A stretch of 61,747 bases of DNA, counting the filler, from Sphacelaria rigidula (lineage: Eukaryota): assembly GCA_964200075.2 (NCBI GenBank). It is 5 parts of 5 records of this genome, joined end to end, with 100 filler letters (N's around TTAATTAATTAA, not from the genome) between each part and the next. Parts side by side here need not be neighbours in the genome. Positions count along the whole stretch, not along the records: positions 12,372 to 24,641 come from CAXNAA020003941.1; 4 more parts are not named here. One strand, 5' to 3'. Under the pieces are notes generated by a model. That model searched no databases and was not told where the DNA came from. It was given only the letters and a program-made list of their open reading frames with translations. The position numbers were made by a program, and so were the translations under genes. Each line of letters begins with the position of its first letter. Position 1 is the stretch's first letter. Positions 12,448-24,741 of this stretch are shown piece after piece.

Positions 12448-14912
12448 ACAAAACCCGATGCACCACCGCTACACCGCTGCCAGATTTGGCGCAGTCTGTC
12501 AAAAACGCACCGTCACCTCCTTCACCAAGGGCAAAATGCGCACCTGACAAGGTTCATATGGCTCGCTGGCGAATGCTCTCAGCCGTTCCTGCTGGAAAAA
12601 AGACACATGGCTGAACTTCGGTACTGTCGGATTAAGAGCCAAAAGAGCAAACGCCTCCTGCGCCGAAAACAAGTTGTGGGGGGACAAAAACATGGAGAGA
12701 GGGGGCGTCTGACGAAGTTAAACTTGGCGAACCCTGTCGGTGTATTTGTGTCAGACTGAAAAACAGGAGACAGATGGCTACACACGCCCATTAATACAGA
12801 GCTACGGTCAACCGACAATCCGCCTAAGAAATTACGAGGCGGGGTCGATCGAGATTTTGTCGCGACTGCTCGTACACTTTGGTGCACCGGAAGACTAAAG
12901 GAAACCAAAACGAGCTGTGCGCATGGCAGTGATAGCGTCGCGGCGGGTGGCAAAGGTGGTTCTAATCACACACTTGTATTCGGTCCACCTTGGGCATCAT
13001 CGGTGGAGCGGATGTGTGATTGTTCTGAGGAAAAACGCGTGTCCAGGTTCGCGCGGTCGTGAACGACTTACATCCGATTCATCTCCAAGGTCACTCCCTT
13101 CTACTATGGCTCGAGCGCGTTGAGCGTAGTCGCCGTAAAGCACCTGATGGAAACGTTCAAGGGGTTGATGGAAGACAGTTGGTCGCGAACACCGACCCTC
13201 ATCGAGGCTTGCTTGGTACAGGTACACGAGAAAGTACATCATCAGTGGCTGAGGGGGAGGGAAACCAGACTACCGCGACGTGTCACCACGGGTGCCCTCT
13301 AACACCCGACCATTTTCGTAAATAGCACGTTTCATCAACAACAACCCTGGTGTACATCAATATAGCAGAAAGCACTGACCGGCGTTTGGATGAAGCCGTG
13401 AAGTAACCCCATCAGCACGTATGCCCTGTCCGGAAAGAAGAGACAAGTAAGGTTATCAATGTCGCATAATCTTTTAAACCCCTTTGGGCTTAACGTAGCT
13501 TGTTTTGCTGACTGATAGTCGGCGCAGAGAATAACGCACGTGATGAAAATTTACAAGCAAACACGCACGTGGTAGTCAAGAGAGTGCAGCTCATTCATGT
13601 GTCCCGGATCGGTCACAGTACGTGCCACGGCACTACGGTGCAGCAGTAGAGCAACGCACAGAGCACCGCACCGCACAGCACCGTACTGCACAGTAGAGTA
13701 CAGTCCAACGTATTATGCTCACCTGTACCTAACCCTGTCACCGACAGACGTCGCTCCGAGCTCGACATGCCAGGGCAGCAGCGATGTGTCTTGACAAGTA
13801 TGGTCGTGAGTAAAGCCAAGAGTACATTCCAGTCCATTACACTCAGTACAAGAAAGATGCGGACAGGTGTGCCAGCCGGTTTGCACCAGTTTGGCTGTGT
13901 TATTTCTGCTGGCGGCTTGTAACTCCGATCACGCCGCTACCAGCCCTGGCTGGAGGGGAGATAGTGGAATGGCAGAATCTGCCATTGCTTCGTGTTGCAG
14001 TTGTCGCGTAAAGGCGCTTCTTCTGACCTCCCAGCTACTTGTTGGTGTTTGTATATTGGGCGGGTGCTGTTTACTTGTCGTTGAAGGCCCGGATGTCCGT
14101 ATTTTCTCAATACTTTCCCCTTATATGAAATCAAATGAGACATGATCCACCGAAGAATTCGAAAAAAGTAAAGAATGCGTAACCTTGAACCCGGAAGAGC
14201 GCAGACCAAATAAACACTACATCCGTGTCTTGTCTGCCTCTCTGTAAAATTACTTGACCATTGCATGCTGCATGTTCCCCCCTTGGCACGCTTTTCCTGA
14301 ATGCGAGAAAAACACACCCGTTTGGTCGCTGTCCGCTTGATCGCTCCACTCTCTACTGCTGCAAATAGTTCAGCACCACCGCCAAAACCCGAAACATCTC
14401 GACACCAGATGCATGCACTTGCTGTGCTGGCACCGGGTGAGACCCAATAGGCAAGATCCGCGGTCGTGCAACAACAGTTATGTGCACAGCGCCATTGGGA
14501 AGGGGTTTTCAATAATTTTCGCGCGATAGGTTGGGGATCCTCGCAGTGTGTACACGCCAACATCATGTACCACTAGTGATAGTCACCACTGCAGCGAACG
14601 ATGCAACGTTAGGTCAGTTGCAACAACGGTCATATTGATCGCTGTGAATTTAGTGACCGCCAACCACACTTTTGACATGAGATATTCCTGATCGATGGTA
14701 GAGTAATTCCAGCCCGAACGAGACGCAAGCTGTAAGCAATGCCCAACCGCAGACGGGAAGTGGCCACCAGCTCAACAGAAAGATCCAGTGCGTTGTGTGC
14801 ACGGCGTTCCTCACTGCATCCGTACACGAGGCAATGTCGTCTGGATGCCCATATCTTGTTTATACATGCATGCTTGCTTGCATAGATACATAGATACGTG
14901 AATACATGAATA

Positions 14913-16445
14913 CGAGCTGGGCCAGCCTAGAAGCGGATTTCTAGTTTGCAGGCGAATTCGCATTTTTTTACTTAGAGTTAGAACTGAAAACTGGTTGTAT
15001 GGACAATCAACAGGGCATGAAGAAACAATGATGCCGGGCCCCAAATATATTTTTTTGGTGATATAACCAGCTCTGAGCAGACGGGAGTATGCGCTAGAGC
15101 AACGAAAGGTAGCTATGATCCGGTTTGACTGCCGTACTGCCGACAGCGTCGCGTGAAAGCCACAAGACCCTTGCTGTCGGCGGTTGATGGCGTGGGTCTC
15201 GAATACAACGACATGCGGTTGATCGTAAAGCACTCTCGTCTCTCCTCCCAACTTGTGATAATCCATGACCTCCTGACATCGGAATAATCATCACGTATGG
15301 GAAGCTACTCGTACGGTACCGAGCTGCCCACGCGACCAGCGTGTGCTGCAGATTGCCTATGCGCCACGCTAGCACCAGTTAGGTCACCACCATAGTTTTT
15401 GTTTTTCACTCCGCACGACATTACACCAAAACCTGGAAACTGATTTTTGCCCTTGACTCACGAAAAATAAATCTTTAGGACCCGGTATGATTGTTTTTTT
15501 GAATACCCTGTTGATTGTCCATACCAGATTTTCGGTTCCAACTCCAAGTAAAAAAATGTGATTTCGCCTTTTTAAACACGGGCTGGTGGAAATTCGGAAC
15601 ATCATTTTGCAGGCCGTTTACCGGCACGCGTTCGGTGTTCGTGTATTGAAACCTTGTGCGGGACCTCGCTAGGTCATGATGGACCAAGAAAAATGGATCA
15701 GGTTAATTTTGACTTCTTTTTTTCGCTGGGTTAGGACGTTTTCGTACGGTAACGACCATTTTTTAACGAGAACGCCCTAACCTCTCCTACGAAGAAAAGA
15801 TAAAGGCCCATTTTTCTTTTATTGGGCATACCTCTGTCATTCTCCGTGCTGAGTTTCAAATCGCAATTAAAAAAATTGAGCAGAAAAATTGAGATGAGGC
15901 CTAAGAGCAATGTTCATCCCTCCTCAAAACTCTCCTCTAAACACGAAAAAAAAATTACAAGCTGTTTTTTATTTCATTATGCGCTAGCGGTTCTCGACAC
16001 AAAATTTCATAGCACAACTCTCAACAACTGACACGCGATATCCAGATTTAGTTCATCTAGTGCATCTGCTCGTAATATATTGATTGTAGCATGGAAAATT
16101 ATGTGCGCCATATATCGAGATAGATTACGAATTAGGTGAAGGTGAGGGTATCTATCGTCTCCCCGTGCTCCAGGGAAGGTCCACACGAAAAATTGTCATC
16201 ATACGCCGAATGTATCGTTCGGGGCTTCACATAGATATTAGTGCGGACGCTATCTCCGCACAGTATAGGAATTACTAGACATGGGGTTTCATCTACGAGA
16301 AAATATTGGCCTAGACTTTTGAGCAGATCGGTACCTTCCCCTTGATTAGACGATTAACACGATGAGCGGATCACGTCCCAACTCGTCTGTGTCGATGAGA
16401 TATGGCTTCGAGAGCTTAAATCCGTTTTTAGGCTGACCCAGCTCG
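14913..16445. mobile_element. Non-autonomous Tc1/mariner-like element (1.5 kb)
   Basis: TA|CGAGCTGGGCCAGCCTAGAAGCGGATTT ... AAATCCGTTTTTAGGCTGACCCAGCTCG|TA: a 28-bp TIR with TA on both sides. Confidence 0.75.
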
Positions 16446-16633
16446 TAGATGAATAGATGAATAGATGAATAGATGAATAGATGAATAGATGAATAGATGA
16501 ATAGATGGATAGATGGATAGATGGATAGATGGATAGATGGATAGATGAATACATACATACATACATACATACATACATACATACATACATACATACATAC
16601 ATACATACATACATACATACATACATACATACA
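16446..16633. repeat. Compound microsatellite (TAGATGAA)7(TAGATGGA)5(TAGATGAA)(TACA)21
   Basis: Read directly from the sequence. Confidence 0.97.
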
Positions 16634-16843
16634 AAGTATTCCAAAGGCGTTGAAGTCTGGCTCGTGTAGAATTACAAATTGACTTCTGCCAGTCGTTCAC
16701 GTATCGAACGTTTGGTGGCTACCTTTGTGGTCACGCCTATCGCCGGTGGTGTAGATTTCCATGTGCAATAGTTCTCACGTTAAGTCTACGCATATACCGG
16801 AAACGGGCAGCAGTCGACAGAGCATGACCTGAGGACGCCTCAC

Positions 16844-16917
16844 CTTGCAACGCCCTCAGTATTCCCTTCGGCACACCATCGCAGGGAATCGTTGGCGCGC
16901 TCCACGTACTTCGCCAA
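16844..16917 (-). CDS. Zn-cluster TF exon (LAKYVERANDSLRWCAEGNTEGVAR)
   Basis: Long pyrimidine tract, then gtgaaag|TTG GCG AAG TAC ... GCA AG|gtgagg. Phase-compatible with the previous exon. Confidence 0.75.
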
Positions 16918-18891
16918 CTTTCACAAACGCGGAGAGACGGACCGCAGGAGGAACGAGCGGGGAGACAGCAGAAATAGGTAGATTGGGCACTGGTCGCGCT
17001 AGACTCGGGTGTACAAGACGCACAGCAATTGAACAAGGGCAAACCTGGGCGGTAAAGTAGCTCACCAACGCCACCCCTTATGCGTATCAGAGACGGCAAG
17101 GAGAATACACCACAGGCTCACGACACGAGCCCTATGTCATCCTCTACATTGCGCGTTCCATGCCGTGACACTCGGGTGATGGGTAGCCGAAATATGTCTT
17201 CAAAATGAAAACGATGCCGCGAAGAAGTGTGCCGTTTCTCATTATGCTCGAGGTGTTTTGTAGTGACCATCGTCTGCGGCCTTTCTTGGTGACACGATTT
17301 TCGCGGCACCGTAGATCCAAATAATGGTGCGCGGAACGTGACGGAAGGAGCGCGCAAGAACGTTGATGTGAAAGTCACGGCTGCGCCCACACTACATCCT
17401 GGTACCTGAACGGAAGCCAGTAGAGGCTACCCCAGTTCGGCACCATTGAGCGACGGTTGACTTAATACTTGGTTTCAGAGTACACCATCATATTTTGGTA
17501 TTTATGGGTCTCACAGTCCCAAGCGCCGCCCAGCGTGCGTGCAGCATGCGCAATAGGTGTTTGGCTCAAATCGGCGCCCGGGGTTGGGTATAGGGTTAAC
17601 GTTAGCGTTATGGTTCGACAGACACAAAGTAGCATTTGTCAACCACTGCTCAATGGCATCGAAGTGGGGTGAACCCGTCTCATGGAAACAGTGGCAGTAA
17701 GGGTCGCCTATCAACGCGAGTACTCATTTGGTCGAATTTAAAATTGCGACACAAGTATGAGGCAGTTCGTATCTCACCAACGAGGGAGGCCGTCCTTGCG
17801 CCAAGCCACCCAGCGCCACTGCACACCAAAACATACACATGGTTGAAGCGGTGGCCACGCGCTCGATATTCTGCATTTCTCGACACGGGCCGTTTCCACC
17901 TCCAGATCCCAACCTTTGCTGTGAGCGCGGCGTGATTCCCGTCATGATCGTCAATATCGCTTCCCGAATTATCCTGGCAAACGTGGGGCACCGCGCTGTA
18001 AGGAAGGCGGCTTGCGCACACACATATTCATCGAATGCAACAACCGAACACTCGGGGGAATACCACCACCCTTTGGAGAGGGTTGATGCGTCAAAATCAC
18101 CAGCTATCCTCCAACAATCTTCAATCCATGGAACATTTCGGTGATTGTGAAATCACTTATTCGCAATGTACACATTTTAGATTGGGGCGGTACGGTTCGA
18201 GAACGGGTGTTGGCCACATTCAAAACGGCGGCCCTATTACATACCTCGGTCAGAAAAACATGCCCCCAACTGCACCACACCACGCGTACCGGAGTGGTTG
18301 CTTTCCAAACGGCTGGCTGGGCGAATGACCATCCTTCTGCACCTCGGTATCCCTACTTGCACCGTTCACGCTACCTTTGGGGGGTCAACTGGAAGATGCT
18401 CCAGCAGCTCAAGTAGTCGCCCAACAGTTCATTCTCCAGCAAGCCCACAAGCCCGCAAGCTGGTGAGGGGCTTAGCCGAAACCTGGAGAAGAAGCAGCAC
18501 TCTCGGTCTGTGAACAAGCGATCCTTCTCGAACTGTGCTACGGTTCCCGTGCATACCATAAACCATCACGGGGTACACGATCTGCGGGGAAATGCCATGG
18601 CAAACGATGATAATCGATAAGAAGATACGATAAAATCCAAGACACATGATCGCGCTTCTTCATCAACTATCCCCCAGACCGACGTTCTACTTTTTGCGCT
18701 TCCATCACCTTCCGCCCACATCGAAATTCCCACTCCCACGCGCAGCGGTTGTGGTACTGTTCGAGGTTGTGAGGTCCCTCTCTAGAAGTGGAGAAGGAAT
18801 GGAATGAGACTTCAACGACTTCCGCGATCGCCTAGGTGTATATGCGCGTCTCGTGGGATAAACGCAGCGCCGGCCCTTCTCAATGCAGGAG
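16844..18891 (-). CDS. Zn(II)2Cys6 (binuclear zinc cluster)-type transcription factor of the brown-algal family, partial: join(18891..18709, 18482..18375, 17973..17778, 16917..16844)
   Basis: Four exons with GT/AG sites and matching junction phases (2, 2, 0): SCIEKGRRCVYPTRRAYTPRRSRK...GGR|FRLSPSPACGLVGLLENELLGDYLSCWSIFQLTPQR|IIREAILTIMTG...STMCMFWCAVALGGLAQGRPPSL|LAKYVERANDSLRWCAEGNTEGVAR. C-x6-CVY plus a basic tail is the end of a Zn2Cys6 cluster. The later blocks resemble motifs I recall from Ectocarpus Zn-cluster proteins (LSASPATGLVG..EN.FL.DFF; FWCAVA.GAL..G.P), which needs BLAST confirmation. Confidence 0.8.
17778..17973 (-). CDS. Zn-cluster TF exon (IIREAILTIM...FWCAVALGGLAQGRPPSL)
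   Basis: tttgccag|G ATA ATT CGG ... TCG TTG|gtgaga. Confidence 0.85.
18375..18482 (-). CDS. Zn-cluster TF exon (FRLSPSPACGLVGLLENELLGDYLSCW...)
   Basis: cttcttctccag|G TTT CGG CTA ... CAA AG|gtagcg. Confidence 0.85.
18709..18891 (-). CDS. Zn-cluster TF exon: second half of the Cys6 cluster plus basic linker
   Basis: Pyrimidine tract, then tttcatgtag|C TCC TGC ATT GAG AAG GGC CGG CGC TGC GTT TAT ... GGA AG|gtgatg. Confidence 0.75.
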
Positions 18892-19929
18892 CTACATGAA
18901 AGCACAGAGGACACAACAGAGCGGCGATAACAAGCAAACATTGATAGAGGGACGTTTCTTGCTCCATTTGCTAGCAATTAGGGTGATGGGGGAGGGGGGG
19001 CAAGCCCATACCTTCATGAGCGGGACACGCCGGCACGGGCAGTAGGTACATATGTGTCATACTTAGCGGGTATATCATGAAGCAACTAGTAGCCTCAACA
19101 TGGAAATGTATAGGGCACAAAAACTCCTACAAGTTGCGGCATGCGCAGACGATGAAACAAATTTGGGCAAGTAACAAATAAAATCTTCTTGAGAAACGAA
19201 GGTCACACGAGCGCGGCACGCACGTATGCAGGCGATATTGGAGGACACGGCGTGGTTAGATCGTTCAGTTCGGCAGCCGAAAACTAGCCTCAGCGCCCGA
19301 AAGTTCACTGTACGGCTGACTCTTGCAGGTGCTGACGCACTCGTGACTTTGAAGTCGCGTCCTGAACTACGGACGTTTTCGTGTGCCTGTACTGAACGTA
19401 CGATGTTGTACTGTACCACGGTATGCCGATGGTGCAGTGCATGCCAAACCGCAAAAATAGTGTGGAGTAAACATTATGAACGACCGGATATTCACTCTAC
19501 ACTGCAATATGGTGCAAACGCAGCGTGACCCCCCGGAGATGAGAAGTGTGCTCAGCTCTGCAGGAACAACAAATCACGGGTAATTCTACAGCTCTGAACA
19601 TGGTGCACCCACTCGGCAGTTTCGATATTTGGTAACATCTAACCTTTGACGGTTTAGCACTTCGAAAGGAGGCTAGGGAGTGCGCTGCTCCATCGTCGAA
19701 TACTTCCATGGCTGACGCCGTGGAATTCTGTACACCCGAACAGGAGGTCAAACAAGTGCTGCTGGGTGTTAACGAGGACCATTCAACCACGGGATCCCGA
19801 AAAAGCGTGCTGAAATACTGAATTTCCAAATTGCTCCTTTGGATAGGCCATTCTGGGTACATCCCGCGCTTTGCCAACAAAACAATACACGAGTAGCCTG
19901 AGTACCCTGCTGCATGTACTGGGGACTGG

Positions 19930-22250
19930 TTGCACACCTACGAAGGACTGCAGGAAAGTTCAATGACCGATTTTTCGCATGTCAACTAGCGGGGAAATCC
20001 CAGCAGCGTGCACACATGAGAGGTTCAAGGCCGAACACCGCCGGCACCTGGACTACATCCTGGTACGCCAGGAACACCGACGGCTCGTTCGAAACGCCCC
20101 TGTACACATCCAAGGTGAAAATCATGCCATCGACTAGTTTCAGATTCCATCCGTCTCCTTGGACGGGGCGCACTCAACCGCCGGCCTACACCAAGAGGTC
20201 GTGGCAGCCGAGTGGATTTCGATGGAACCTCACATCCAACCGACGATGGAAAACGATCGTATCGCAAGCTACTATAACCAAGCTCCCGAATGCGTCTAAC
20301 TTCGCTGCAGTTCTGGACATCAACATTACGGCACCTTAATTCACCAGCGCCTTACAGCAGACGGCCGTTGATACACTCCTTCGCTGACCCTCAAGACGCC
20401 CCATCTAGAGATTTCAGTGAGTTGCCAACAGCTCGATCACGCCTTCAACAGGCGTGGAATGTCGGGCAGCGTGTACGGGAGAAGCTACAGGACAACCCCC
20501 GCGACCCTGGCCTGGTAAAGGCGCTGAAGGTGACAGACGAGACGTTCAAGCAGGTGAAGAACGCTGAACTGCAGAGCTACCTACACGAGTTCATCGCCAG
20601 GACAGCGGAGTCGATCCGCAAAAAAGCAGTGGGCATGCTGGCGAATGGCAAGGCCGTTGGGACTGACAACCTGTGCGGCGAACCATAATATTTAAGCTCG
20701 GTCTCACCGAGGACTCTGCCATACTGAAGTGCCTCAATAACATGATGCTCAAATTGTAGCGTCAAGAACTAGTACCATAGGCGTGAAAATACGCTGTCAT
20801 CAAGGTGCTGTTCAAGAGAAAGGACCCGCACGAATGTGGCAACGACCGCGGCATCTCGCTAGAGTCCCACGGGGAAAAGCTGATTCTCAAGACGGCTGGA
20901 ACTCGCCTCAGCGCATACTGCGGATGGAAGGGAATCCTTCCGAAAGCTCAGTCCATCTTCCGACCCGGCCGATCGACAATCGACATGAAATACGTTGAGC
21001 GCAGACTCCAACAACTGCCTACAGAGAAGAATCTGCCGGCGTGCGTGTGATACATCGACCCCCAGAAGGCACACCACTCAGTTGACCGCTCTGTTCCCTG
21101 AAAGATACCAACACGATACAGCTTTCCCCCTCAGGACGATTTCCATCATCCGCCAGTTCCACAACGGCACGCGGCCTTGCGTACACCGCGACAGCGGTGA
21201 CACTTCTGAGTGGTTTGACGTTAACCAGGGCCTCTGCCACCGCTGTGCGATCACCCCCCCCGTTTGTTCAGCATCTTCACGGCGGTGCTGACGGAGACGT
21301 TTGGTTGCTTCTCGATCGACAAAGCGGTGGCGAAGGACTTGATTCGCATCGCTGCCAGGGCGGGAAGACCAGGAACGAGCTCAGCGGATACTTTTGGCCA
21401 TGCTGTCGGCCGAGGGCGCTGGTATCGCGTCGCGATCTGAACTAAGTCTGGCGAGGATGATGACAACCATCGTCAAGGTCTGTGCGACGTCCATTCACAC
21501 GCGCTCCTCAAGAATAAAGGCGGATGTGGTTGAGGTGGAGGCGGCAAGCCAGAGGTGCAAGCAAGTTGACTCTTCGATCTATCTCGACGGTACCAACTAC
21601 AGCATCGGCGATGTCGTTCCTGGGATCAACAGCCGCATTGACCAGGCCTGAAAGTGCTTCGCCAAGTACAGCAGAGCGGCACAAGACAACTCGTACATCG
21701 CCTTGGCCGAAAAGGTTCGTTTCCTGAAGGAAAAAGTGATCAAGGTAATGCGATACGGCTGCGTGACCTGGACGATTACCCCCGTAAGTTCGGCACGTTG
21801 CGGGAAGCCCGCCGGGGGTTCCTGCTGAGGTGCCTTGATAGGCATACCTCAACCTGCAGCGCTCGCGACTACCACATGCTGCCGTACCACGAGGTCCTCC
21901 AAAGAATTGACTGCGGGTGCATTGAGGCTACAGTAACGAGGCAAGTCCTCCTACACGCCGGCCACGTTGTGTGCATGCTAGGCGAAGGCCTCCACAACAC
22001 TCATGCGTGAAGGAAGGGTAGGAGCAGGCCGATCCACGAGACGCCAACAACAGCGTCATAGAGTACTGCCTCGACTTTGGAATAGATGCGACATTATGGA
22101 CGCAGATCGCCCCACATGTTTCCGAGTGGTATCGGATCGTAGAGGGAGGGGCTGAATGTACATGACAAGTCGGGCCACCACGCAAGTAAATACGACCAGC
22201 CAGCGCCATGCTCTGTTTTGCTGCGCCACCACAAGGGTTCTCTCTATATC
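19930..22250 (+). mobile_element. Decayed RTE-clade non-LTR retrotransposon (end of APE endonuclease plus reverse transcriptase), with many stops and frameshifts
   Basis: Fragments: HLDYILVRQEHRRLVRN (endonuclease), ANGKAVGTD, KDPHECGNDRGISL...ILPKAQSIFRPGRSTIDM...YIDPQKA, IIRQFHNG...SEWFDVNQGL, the YADD motif decayed to MLSAEGAG (~21400), and KQVDSSIYLDG. A purine-rich stretch at 22655-22705 may be its tail. Confidence 0.9.
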
Positions 22251-22836
22251 TATCGAAAGTCGCCGAAAAACGTAACGTCTAGCCAATTACGTGGGTACAT
22301 TCGCCAGCGCGTCTGCCGTTCCCCCTTGAAACTTTGGCAGTTTCCTCTGAGGATACCCGGGGCTGTTGTTTGACCGTCGCTTGGCATCCGCTTACTTCCT
22401 CTACTTCGCTTCATTGGCAGATGTGATGGGTTTGTGTCACCACGCCTCGACCAGCTCGGGGGCAAGGTTTTTTCCTTCAGTTTTCTTGACGTCTCCTGTT
22501 ATTTTGGTACTAGCTTTTAATTTACTTTGTTTTCGAAGTCTCCGAAGAAGCCGCTCAATGAGCACTCTAATCGCATGGGGGAAATAGTAGCGACGGTACT
22601 GGAAAAGCGAGCGTACGCCTGGGACTACGGGTTCGAGAGATCGGGCTGATGTGCGGAAAAAAAGTAAAGGAAGAAAAAGAAGAAGGAGAGGAAGAGAAGT
22701 GGAGGGATGAATGTGATCATGAGATACATTCTTGAGAGTCTGCGTGGAAAGGTTTTGGCTGGGAGATTGAAAGGAACATCTTTCTTCTTCCTTCATGACG
22801 AGTTCCCCCGTCCACGAAGAGGCTGCAAACGTTCCA

Positions 22837-23433
22837 CGAGCTGGGCCAGTTGAGAGTAGGTGTGAATCTCGCTCAGGCGACGCACGGCGTGATATCAGGA
22901 GTCGGACGCTAAAATTTTGACAGCAGCTTTTATGATCGAAATGAAGAAGATCACGCAAGAAGCAGAAAAATAAAAATAAACAAGGAAGTTATGGGGATTC
23001 GAAATTTCAGCAAAGCAAGATAATGCCGTAAGCCCAGGGGAAAATGAGAACCTGCAGCTGCTCACGTGATATATCACTTCCCTGAGTGCAGAAGGTCTTC
23101 CCGAAATTTCAGCTCAAGAGTCGTCGAATGGGGCCGTGCGTGCAACATTTTGCGTGACGCTGCTGCACCCCCATAATCTAAGTGATGGGAGACTCTAATT
23201 ATGGAGGTCACGGGTTCGAATCCCGACATATTCTCTCTTCTTTCCGTCCGTCGTTGAGGTCATATATTATGCAGTACACTTCTTTTATTTTTTTTTATTA
23301 ATTCAGCGGCGGCGCCGTGTTTCACCAGGTTGGTCTGCACTCTACAGTTACATGCTTACATCGGGTTCATTCGGGAACCTGGGGAAGCTGTGGTATGAGC
23401 AAATTCTAGCAGTTATTAAGCTGGCCCAGCTCG
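22837..23433. mobile_element. Tc1/mariner-like MITE with the same terminal motif
   Basis: CA|CGAGCTGGGCCAGTT ... AGCTGGCCCAGCTCG|TA. Confidence 0.65.
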
Positions 23434-23837
23434 TATTCTAAACGCAATATATCGCGAATATACGCACATTCATACGACAACTTCACACGTCGGACAGATC
23501 ATCTTTCTGAAAAAAGTAATTGAAGAAGACTCTCGAGCCCGTGGGTCCGAAGACAAAAATATGTGACCGCGGAATCAGAAAAGCCAAGGCGCAGCTTTTT
23601 CACTACTCGGCGTGCTCAGCGTCCGGCGCCGTAAGGAGGAAGCATGGAATAGGGGGGCCAAATGATCTGGATTATGATCCGGATCAGTATACTGAGAATA
23701 ATTGATTTTCAGACGGATCATCATATCTGTCAGACGTGTGGACAAGTTTGAAGTCACGCTCTCCGCCACAAACGACACGTGGTGCGCTCCAACTTGAGCA
23801 GGTACGGTGCACACATTCGGGACGGACTGAGCCTTAC

Positions 23838-23927
23838 CAGCGGTTTTATTTCCCCCTTCGAGAACCTGTGAGGAACTTTCACCTCATACTTCTTGAAGAG
23901 AGCCTTGTGCGTGGGCTCTACACCGTT
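23838..23927 (-). CDS. Candidate exon (NGVEPTHKALFKKYEVKVPHRFSKGEIKPL)
   Basis: ttttcactcctgcag|AAC ... CTG|gtaagg. Only phase 0 is open. Confidence 0.4.
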
Positions 23928-24344
23928 CTGCAGGAGTGAAAATTGAGCTCCAAGATCCACACGCAGAGGCTTACGTGGACGAAGAGCACGGCGCAGCTCT
24001 CCGGGACAGACTTCTCGAGAAGCGGCACAAGACAAACGGCGGCCTTTTCAGCACATGAAAAAATCGTTCGGGATTCAACTCTTCTGACGCCGGATCACTC
24101 GAATGGGCCCTGGATGGACACTTCAAAAACGTGTGAAACACGACGGCCGTGCCCACATTGATAATGTCATATGATGCGACTGAGGGGCTCTGAAGTCCGA
24201 ATTTCTGGAAAGGAGGTGTTATCGGGGGTAAGTGGACAACATGGATGAACACCAAAACCATCACAAATGCACATACCAATTGCTATTTAAATAGGGCAAC
24301 TTGACAACCCCGGAGGTAAAGCACGAAACGACAAGATATTTTCA

Positions 24345-24641
24345 CGTACGTCCACTATCACATTTGCCCAGCTTCCCCTTGCTGATGGAAGCGCAGCCTC
24401 GGACGTGTGTGCGAGTGCCTCATAACAACCCTCCGCATGCACTTTTGAGTGAAGAGGCGATGACGGAGAACACCGCGCAGTGTCTTGCCCTGCATTGTGA
24501 ACCTCAGTGGTGCCCTGTCTGCGTCACACAACACATGGCTCGAGTGGGACACAGGCAAGCAATTGCCTCTGGCCAGCGGGTGTACTCATGATCATGCGTG
24601 CCATAGTCATCAGACCATTGACCTCGCATCCCTACAATGCC
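24345..24641. repeat. Interspersed repeat shared by three contigs
   Basis: Homologous to 50416-50660 (acaacacatggc.cgagtg..acacaggcaagcaat.gcctctggccagcg) and to 1305-1365 (ccat.gacctcgcatccctacaa). Confidence 0.7.
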
Positions 24642-24741
24642 NNNNNNNNNNNNNNNNNNNNNNNNNNNNNNNNNNNNNNNNNNNNTTAATTAATTAANNN
24701 NNNNNNNNNNNNNNNNNNNNNNNNNNNNNNNNNNNNNNNNN
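24642..24741. other. Artificial contig linker
   Basis: N44-TTAATTAATTAA-N44. Confidence 0.99.

Noticed and set aside
13730..14830. Further 3' exons of the Zn-cluster gene
   Set aside because: Several open segments exist, but none is both phase-compatible and motif-matching, so they are left uncalled.
16346..16700. MYVC/SIHL repeat ORFs
   Set aside because: They are translations of a microsatellite.
23838..24035. SLLQNGV resembling the ketopantoate reductase LQNG motif
   Set aside because: The motif overlaps a splice acceptor (ctgcag|AAC) and no other PanE motifs are present.
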